DNA of 64,000 nt. It comes from an uncultured Bacteroidales bacterium (GTDB lineage Bacteria > Bacteroidota > Bacteroidia > Bacteroidales > JAUNSR01). The translations under genes were made by a program, and so were the position numbers. The stretch is taken from assembly GCA_947074145.1 (NCBI GenBank), contig CAMTOJ010000015.1, forward strand, positions 44 through 64,043, given 5' to 3'. Below the pieces are notes generated by a model. That model was given only the letters and a program-made list of their open reading frames with translations. It was not told the origin of the DNA and did no database searches. The number at the start of each line of letters is the position of its first letter. The stretch's first letter is position 1. Shown one piece after another: positions 58,054 to 64,000 of this stretch.

Positions 58054-58800
58054 ATGGCAAAGTTTACACAGGAAGAACTTCTATTTAGAAAGATTGAAAA
58101 AAAAATTCGTAAAGCGATGGTCGATTACAGACTTATTGAGGATGGAGATAAGATACTTGTAGGGCTTTCCGGCGGAAAAGATTCAATTGCTCTTATTGAT
58201 TTGCTTGGTAGAAGAAAGAAAATATTAAAACCTCGTTTTGAGGTTGTGGCTGCCCATATCTCAATGACCAATATTGGATATGTCTCCGATCTTGAATATC
58301 TTAAAAATCATTGTGAAAAGAATGATATTGAATTTATTCATTATGAAACGAGCTTTGATGCTTCAACTGACATGAGAAAATCGCCATGTTTTCTTTGTTC
58401 ATGGAACAGAAGAAAAGCTCTTTTTACAATTGCCAAAGATCAACAATGTAATAAAATAGCCTTGGGACATCACCAGGATGATATTCTTCAGACATTATTG
58501 ATGAATATGACTTTTCAGGGCGCTTTCGGTACAATGCCTCCTATCTTAAAGATGCAAAAGTTTGATATGACAATCGTTAGACCTATGTGTCTTGTGGCTG
58601 AAAGCGATCTTATTGAACTATCTAAACTACTGGGTTATGTGAAACAAAAAAATCCGTGTCCTTATGAGTGCTCTTCAAGTCGTCCTGAGATGAAAAATGT
58701 CATAAAAATGTTAGAAGGAATGAATGAGATGGCACGATATAATCTATGGTCATCTATGACCAATATACAAAAAGAGTATCTTCCCACAAGTGCCGAATAA
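58054..58800 (+). CDS. ttcA: tRNA 2-thiocytidine biosynthesis protein TtcA-like PP-loop ATPase
   Basis: 248 aa. It has the PP-loop SGGKDS, Cys motifs CFLCSWNRR and CPYEC, and GHHQDD. Confidence 0.8.
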   Translation: MAKFTQEELLFRKIEKKIRKAMVDYRLIEDGDKILVGLSGGKDSIALIDLLGRRKKILKPRFEVVAAHISMTNIGYVSDLEYLKNHCEKNDIEFIHYETSFDASTDMRKSPCFLCSWNRRKALFTIAKDQQCNKIALGHHQDDILQTLLMNMTFQGAFGTMPPILKMQKFDMTIVRPMCLVAESDLIELSKLLGYVKQKNPCPYECSSSRPEMKNVIKMLEGMNEMARYNLWSSMTNIQKEYLPTSAE

Positions 58801-58807
58801 ATTATGA

Positions 58808-58849
58808 AAACGACCGATTGTATTTTTTACACAATCGGTCGTTTTTTTG
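58808..58849 (+). terminator. Rho-independent terminator after ttcA
   Basis: The 11-bp perfect stem CGACCGATTGT/ACAATCGGTCG has a 9-nt loop and is followed by T7. Confidence 0.8.
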
Positions 58850-59165
58850 CATATTTTATTTATAATCATTACATATTGTATACATGTATTAATTTTATAT
58901 ATTCATTGAAAACATTTAACACCCTAATTAAATGTTTATTACCTATATTTGTAAATATTTCACAGCTATATTATTTACAATATTTACAATTAAGCTTGCA
59001 TCATATAAGTTATCTGTATTTTGTTTTTGAAATTTAATAAATCAATAAGATTCACTATTACTATTTTGGGGATTTATAACAACTACAAATTTAGAATTTA
59101 GTATTTGATATTACACGTGAGACTCTATTTCAAAACCCGGATATTATTGAGGTAAAGCAGAATTT

Positions 59166-60137
59166 ATGTCAATGATGAAAAAATATATTTTTCTTTTCTT
59201 ATTATTCACTGCTTGCCAAGACTCTACTGATGAAGTTTTGCAAAATGTGGATATGCCTGTTTCTTTTGAAAGTGATCTTATCACCAGAGGAACATTTATA
59301 ACTAATAATAATATATCGTCAATGGGTGTGATGGGCTATCATACTCAGCAATTATCATGGGATGAAAGCGTGTATCCTGTGGCAGATTATTTCATCAATA
59401 CCTTTATCGAGAATATTGATGAATTATGGACCTACACACCTCTCACATTGTGGCCCTCAGATAAAACTTCAAAGATCTCATTTTTTGCTTATTCTCCTCA
59501 TTCCTCTACTACAGAATCAGGGATAACTTCAGTCTTTGATACACCATCTCCCGGCTTAAATTTTGTTGTGGCAGATAAAGTTATTAAACATATCGACCTT
59601 TTAGTTGCCGAGCCACAGAAAGACAGAACAAAAGAGTTAGGAGTTGTAAACTTCTCTATGAAACATGCTTTATGTTGTGTTTCTTTTTGGGGAAGATATG
59701 ACGGAGATAATTATAACTCAAAAATTAAAAATATAACTCTGAAGAATCTGAAAAATAAAGGAACTGTTTCTCTTGAAAGTAGAATGTGGAGCAATCTTGA
59801 AGGATTGAAAAACTATACAATCTCTACATCCGACGGAACTTTGAAAAATATAGAGTTAACAACTAAAGAGACTCAACTTAATAGCGAAAATGGATATATG
59901 ATGCTTTTACCGCAAACATTAACGGATAATGATATTCTTTCGATTGAGGTGGAAAATAGTGTAAAGACCGAGGTTATTGATATCAATTTGTTTAAACGTG
60001 GTATTACACAACTTAACCAGGGATCAAGAATAAATATCGGTATCATTTATACTTTTAAAGGTATTGAACTCGATTTTACGGTAGAGGTAAAGGATTGGAA
60101 CGCAGGTATTAGTATGGATCACGGTATAATATATTAA
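59166..60137 (+). CDS. Fimbrillin family (type V pilin-like) lipoprotein
   Basis: 323 aa with lipobox LFTAC. Motifs: VSFESDLITRG, ISFFAYSP, IDLLVAE, FSMKHALCCVSF, and a C-terminal VEVKDW. Confidence 0.7.
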   Translation: MSMMKKYIFLFLLFTACQDSTDEVLQNVDMPVSFESDLITRGTFITNNNISSMGVMGYHTQQLSWDESVYPVADYFINTFIENIDELWTYTPLTLWPSDKTSKISFFAYSPHSSTTESGITSVFDTPSPGLNFVVADKVIKHIDLLVAEPQKDRTKELGVVNFSMKHALCCVSFWGRYDGDNYNSKIKNITLKNLKNKGTVSLESRMWSNLEGLKNYTISTSDGTLKNIELTTKETQLNSENGYMMLLPQTLTDNDILSIEVENSVKTEVIDINLFKRGITQLNQGSRINIGIIYTFKGIELDFTVEVKDWNAGISMDHGIIY

Positions 60138-60142
60138 AGAAT

Positions 60143-61225
60143 ATGAATAAAAAAGAAAGATTTAAATATCAATTTTGCGCTCTCTTGTTTTCATTATCCT
60201 TTTCTTTATTATTTACAGGATGTGATAAACAGGATATTGAGTCTGAATTCAATAGTGATAGTGTAGCTTTATTCTTATCTCCATCAATTGTGACAAGTAG
60301 TGAATCACAGGTTACTAAAACAAATGGAGCAATAACAGGTACATCTTTTTCAAATGGCGATAAGGTGGGATTACATATTCTAAATAGTAATAATCAGGAA
60401 TATTCTTCGGGTTATTCCAAAGTAGAGGGCACAGTGGTAAATAATAACAGATTATCATTGAAAGTAAATAATGAATCTGTCGATCATCTTTATCTGAAAA
60501 AATCTATTGGTAATGCAAAGATATATGGATATTACCCTTATGATAATAGTGTAACTGATATTACGAAAATCCCTTTTGATAATACTTCTATAAAGGATTT
60601 TATGTATGCTACTTATGAAGTAAGCAAAGATAATTACAAGTCTCCTTTAGAGCTTAATCCGAATAATGCTACTAATGGGGTGATGACCGGTAATCTGGTG
60701 TTTAAACATGCGATGTCACTCTTTACTTTTAGGATAAAATTAACAAAGGAATCGGCGGCACAGGTTAACTCGGTTAAGATATGGAGTGAAGTTTTGGGTG
60801 AAGTTTCGGTTGGGCTTGAAGGGAAAATACATGGAAAAGGAACATTTAATGCTAAAACAGGTGTAGTAACATCTGAAGCTGTTGATTTTATAAAAGTGGA
60901 TTTTGATGATGGCGTTTTATCAACTGAATATAAAGATTTTCATGTTATAATTCCACCATTTAGTTACGAAAAACTTCCTTTTATAACATCTGTAAAATAT
61001 AGAGTTCAGTTCGAAATAGACAGTATAAACACTTATTCTGAACCCTTAACTATAAATCTGAAAAAATATAAATTATCAGATAATAATTCGATTATTAATG
61101 TATATGGTTACGAAGCCGGCAAACAATATATCCACACAATTACATTAGACAATTATATAAAATTCGAAGATACACCTACAATAAGAGATTGGGGTGTAGG
61201 TAAAGACATAGAATTTGAGATTTGA
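60143..61225 (+). CDS. Fimbrillin family lipoprotein
   Basis: 360 aa with lipobox LFTGC. Motifs: KIYGYYPY, DFMYATYE, LVFKHAMSLFTF, and a C-terminal IRDW. It starts 5 nt after the previous gene. Confidence 0.65.
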   Translation: MNKKERFKYQFCALLFSLSFSLLFTGCDKQDIESEFNSDSVALFLSPSIVTSSESQVTKTNGAITGTSFSNGDKVGLHILNSNNQEYSSGYSKVEGTVVNNNRLSLKVNNESVDHLYLKKSIGNAKIYGYYPYDNSVTDITKIPFDNTSIKDFMYATYEVSKDNYKSPLELNPNNATNGVMTGNLVFKHAMSLFTFRIKLTKESAAQVNSVKIWSEVLGEVSVGLEGKIHGKGTFNAKTGVVTSEAVDFIKVDFDDGVLSTEYKDFHVIIPPFSYEKLPFITSVKYRVQFEIDSINTYSEPLTINLKKYKLSDNNSIINVYGYEAGKQYIHTITLDNYIKFEDTPTIRDWGVGKDIEFEI

Positions 61226-61227
61226 TT

Positions 61228-62247
61228 ATGAGAAATACCATACTATACATATTAATTATATTATCATTCAGCTTTACGGGATGTGATAAAGAATCTGATG
61301 TTTTAGAAACTGAAACAGACAATTCATTAAAATTCATTTCTACAAAGGCGAATGGAAATTTCACGAATAATTCAACATTCAGATTTATCTCTTATAAAAT
61401 TAATGATGATGAATCTCTAACTTATGCAGGGGAAGGAACTTATGCTTATAGGAGTAATTCTTTTTTTGCTCCCTGTCTTGTTAACAAAGATGGAGTTTTA
61501 ACAAATGCGACTGTAAATAATCTACAGGGGCTATATCTTCCAAAAGGGAAATATAAGACAGCTATGATTTATCCGGCTGTAAAAGGAACGCTTGAAGGTG
61601 ATGATTATGTTTATAACGTTAATCTTAAAAATATTAATAATACTCTTCTAATTGCAGGTAATATTGATATGGAGGTAACAGGATATGATAATATATTTAA
61701 TCTTTCTCAATATGAGCTTTGTGAGCTTAGGTGTAAAATAAAGCTTAGAATCGAAGTGGATTCGAAATTGACAAATAATTTTGGAATAGATAATCTTCAA
61801 GTAAAGAATGTTGGAGTTGATGCTAATTTTAGTGTTAAGACAATGAGTATAGTAGACCTTAAAACGACAGAAGGAGTTCAGAATTTTGGGAATCTATCAT
61901 CTGACAGTTCGGGAAAGATTGAAACTAAAGAATTTTATATTCTTGCCTCTGACTATTCTAAAGTAGATAAAGATTTGCAACCATATATCACTACACGTAT
62001 GAACTTAAGAAATATTTTAGTTAACGGGTATAATAGGGATGTTTGGATTCCTGTTCAGGTTAATTTAAATAGAAATTTTGAGCCACAGAAGGCATATACT
62101 GTTATTATCAAAATAATAAATTTAAATGCAGAGAGTTATTTTACGCTGACAGTAGATGAATGGGAATTGGGATTTGACAATAGTGATGATCATTTGAATA
62201 TGGGTAGTAAATGGATCAAAGATCACGGATTTAAAATCATGGAATAA
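61228..62247 (+). CDS. Fimbrillin-like lipoprotein (divergent)
   Basis: The preferred ATG is 61228 (MRNTILYILIILSFSFTGC); the track start 61222 is TTG, overlapping the previous stop. The C-terminal YTVIIKI...LTVDEW matches the family skeleton. Confidence 0.55.
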   Translation: MRNTILYILIILSFSFTGCDKESDVLETETDNSLKFISTKANGNFTNNSTFRFISYKINDDESLTYAGEGTYAYRSNSFFAPCLVNKDGVLTNATVNNLQGLYLPKGKYKTAMIYPAVKGTLEGDDYVYNVNLKNINNTLLIAGNIDMEVTGYDNIFNLSQYELCELRCKIKLRIEVDSKLTNNFGIDNLQVKNVGVDANFSVKTMSIVDLKTTEGVQNFGNLSSDSSGKIETKEFYILASDYSKVDKDLQPYITTRMNLRNILVNGYNRDVWIPVQVNLNRNFEPQKAYTVIIKIINLNAESYFTLTVDEWELGFDNSDDHLNMGSKWIKDHGFKIME

Positions 62248-62259
62248 GAAATAAGAATT

Positions 62260-64000
62260 ATGAATAAGCGAAATATATTATATTTTTTAAATCTGTTTAT
62301 TTTACTATCTATTATATCATGTGAGGATGATATACAGGAAGAGTACAATGATTCAATATTTTCGAGTGAATATATTGAAGTTCCCATAAGATTTACAATA
62401 GATGAAGAGAATACAGATGATTATGGAAGCGATTTGTCAGACAATAGTCGTCTTATAACAAGAACTCTATCGGGGGAGCAAGAAAGTATTATAAAGGATG
62501 TATGGGTAATAATGATCGAAGAAACAAGCGGAGATCAAAGACCCGTATTATATAAAGAATATTTTACACTTGAAGATAAGTGGTGGGTGAGTTTACCTAT
62601 GGTATTGGATAGAAATCATAAAAACAGACTTTTATTTATTGCAAATACTCATGATCCATCAGCTTTTGATGATGTTAAATTAAATATCGATTGGGAATTC
62701 CCTAAAATTAGGGATAAACAATTATCAATTAATAGCAGTATTGACTGTCACAACGGTAATAACCGCGATTTAATAATGAGTCAAATAGGAGAACATACTA
62801 TTGACAAAACATTAGGGTCAATCGGAATCGATGTAAAATTAAAAAGATCTGTTGCAAAAATTGAATTAAATCTTTCTCTTGATGATGCAGATAAGGATAT
62901 ATCTAAAAGAGTAAAACAGATAACTTCGGTACAATTAAGAGATGTGCCGGGTAATCTTGATTATTGTGATGCATTTAAATCTAATAATATTGTTGGATAC
63001 CCTAATGCATCTTCGAAATTTATAGATTATGAACCGATTACAACAGGGCTACCTGTTTCAGGAGGTGAAGCTGTCTATTTTAAATGGTATGTTCCGCGAA
63101 ATGCAAGAGGAACAATCGGAGGAACCAATTATAATAACAGAAGTAAGAATGCTCCTGAAAAATCGACATATATAGAGGTTACGGCTCTTGATTACAGTGA
63201 TAATGTTATAAGATACAGAATTTATCCGGGTAGGAATCTTAGTGATAATTATGATATAATAGGGAATCATAGATATACCATGAGTGTGGATCTTAAAGGG
63301 ACGGGAGATCCGTCTGTCGATTCGAATATTACTCATTTTGATGAAGTTGATATGAGAGGGAAAATATCTAATAGTTATATAATTAATCCCGGTGATATGA
63401 CAAGGTTATACAAAATTCCAATCACACGTGTTAATGAATTCTGGGGAGATGCCCGTTATTGCGGAACAGTCGATAATAATAAAAAAATTGGGGATAATGA
63501 TAGTTGGTGGGTTGAACTTGTTTGGATGGATGAACAAGGAATGCTGGTAAAGAAAAATGATAATAATAATATATATATTGAGAAATCATTCGGTACCGGC
63601 ATAGATGATTGCTTCAATATCGTTGTTCCTCAGAATGCAAAACATGGAAATTTTGTTGTTGGTATTTATAGGGATTTAAATGGTGATGGAACAAGAAATA
63701 TATCGGGGAATTATGGATCTTCCGGCTATGAACAATATTTATGGAGTTGGCATTTCTGGGTGACTGATTATAATCCTTATGGAGATATGACAAAAATGAA
63801 TAATCTTCCTTATGAATATCAGTTTAAAGTGCCGGGAGGAGAATTACATCGATATGAGGGACAGATATGGAGAAGTGGAGAATATGCAGGAAAATATGCC
63901 ATGGATAGAAACCTTGGAGCAAGAAGCGGAGGAACTACTAGTACGTTTGATGGTAAAGGTTCATTATATTTCCAGTATGGAAGAAAGGATCCCTTTCCGG
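62260..64000 (+). CDS. Large fimbrial-type lipoprotein (pilin-like N-terminal half plus additional C-terminal domain), 3' end beyond the window
   Basis: It is not in the ORF track because it has no stop in the window. My translation from ATG 62260 stays open to 64000 (580 aa). It begins MNKRNILYFLNLFILLSIISC. Pilin-like blocks are LITRTLS, LLFIANTH, DLIMSQ, VKLKRSVAKIELNL and RYRIYPG...NHRYTMSVDLKG. A second domain follows (SNSYIINPGD...WHFWVTDYNPY...LYFQYGRKDPFP). Confidence 0.7.
   Translation, partial: MNKRNILYFLNLFILLSIISCEDDIQEEYNDSIFSSEYIEVPIRFTIDEENTDDYGSDLSDNSRLITRTLSGEQESIIKDVWVIMIEETSGDQRPVLYKEYFTLEDKWWVSLPMVLDRNHKNRLLFIANTHDPSAFDDVKLNIDWEFPKIRDKQLSINSSIDCHNGNNRDLIMSQIGEHTIDKTLGSIGIDVKLKRSVAKIELNLSLDDADKDISKRVKQITSVQLRDVPGNLDYCDAFKSNNIVGYPNASSKFIDYEPITTGLPVSGGEAVYFKWYVPRNARGTIGGTNYNNRSKNAPEKSTYIEVTALDYSDNVIRYRIYPGRNLSDNYDIIGNHRYTMSVDLKGTGDPSVDSNITHFDEVDMRGKISNSYIINPGDMTRLYKIPITRVNEFWGDARYCGTVDNNKKIGDNDSWWVELVWMDEQGMLVKKNDNNNIYIEKSFGTGIDDCFNIVVPQNAKHGNFVVGIYRDLNGDGTRNISGNYGSSGYEQYLWSWHFWVTDYNPYGDMTKMNNLPYEYQFKVPGGELHRYEGQIWRSGEYAGKYAMDRNLGARSGGTTSTFDGKGSLYFQYGRKDPFP

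Noticed and set aside
58804-59037. 77-aa ORF directly after ttcA
   Set aside because: It begins inside the ttcA terminator hairpin. It is extremely AT-rich and Y/I/F/L-rich with no start context. It is most likely non-coding promoter or leader DNA of the pilin locus.
1-64000. CRISPR arrays, rRNA/tRNA genes, integrases/transposases, prophage or known defence-system genes
   Set aside because: I found no regularly spaced direct repeats, no conserved RNA gene sequence and no recombinase, phage or defence-type ORF among the translated frames. The SNF2 ATPase is the only helicase-type gene, and it stands alone.

Overview
AT-rich (by eye, roughly one-third G+C) chromosomal segment with Bacteroidota/Bacteroidales hallmarks: lipoprotein-rich surface genes, a T9SS C-terminal sorting domain, type V pilin-like families and TAnnTTTG -7 promoter boxes. 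It spans dnaA (25564..26973). I support about 46 protein-coding genes. I found no rRNA, tRNA, CRISPR array, integrase, transposase or other mobile element. Most genes are housekeeping: ettA, aroE, an amidase, MlaD, dnaA, a nitroreductase, myo-inositol-1-phosphate synthase, M23/C69/S41/M3 peptidases, dCMP deaminase, 5-FTHF cyclo-ligase, a CaCA antiporter, phosphoglucomutase, GH127 and a TtcA-like protein. The accessory or unusual content is listed below.
1. A tight six-gene operon of very divergent fimbrillin-like lipoproteins (15491..21477, minus strand).
2. A second fimbrillin-like locus (59166..window end). It ends in a larger pilin-plus-extra-domain protein that runs off the window.
3. A thioester-type alpha-2-macroglobulin placed divergently to pbpC.
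4. A 1344-aa SNF2 ATPase with about 890 aa of unassigned N-terminus.
5. A 29/30-bp-stem inverted repeat with nested palindromes (14689..14756).
6. A hemerythrin-like / pseudo-receiver LuxR / LTA-synthase-like gene string.
7. A repeat-dense island in the 792-bp pgm/GH127 intergenic region.
8. An isolated inositol-phosphate synthase followed by a metallophosphoesterase lipoprotein and a small OMP-like protein.
No recognisable phage-defence, toxin-antitoxin or secondary-metabolite cluster is visible. The two pilin-like arrays are my best candidates for an undescribed surface system. All family calls come from motif recognition by eye, not from searches.
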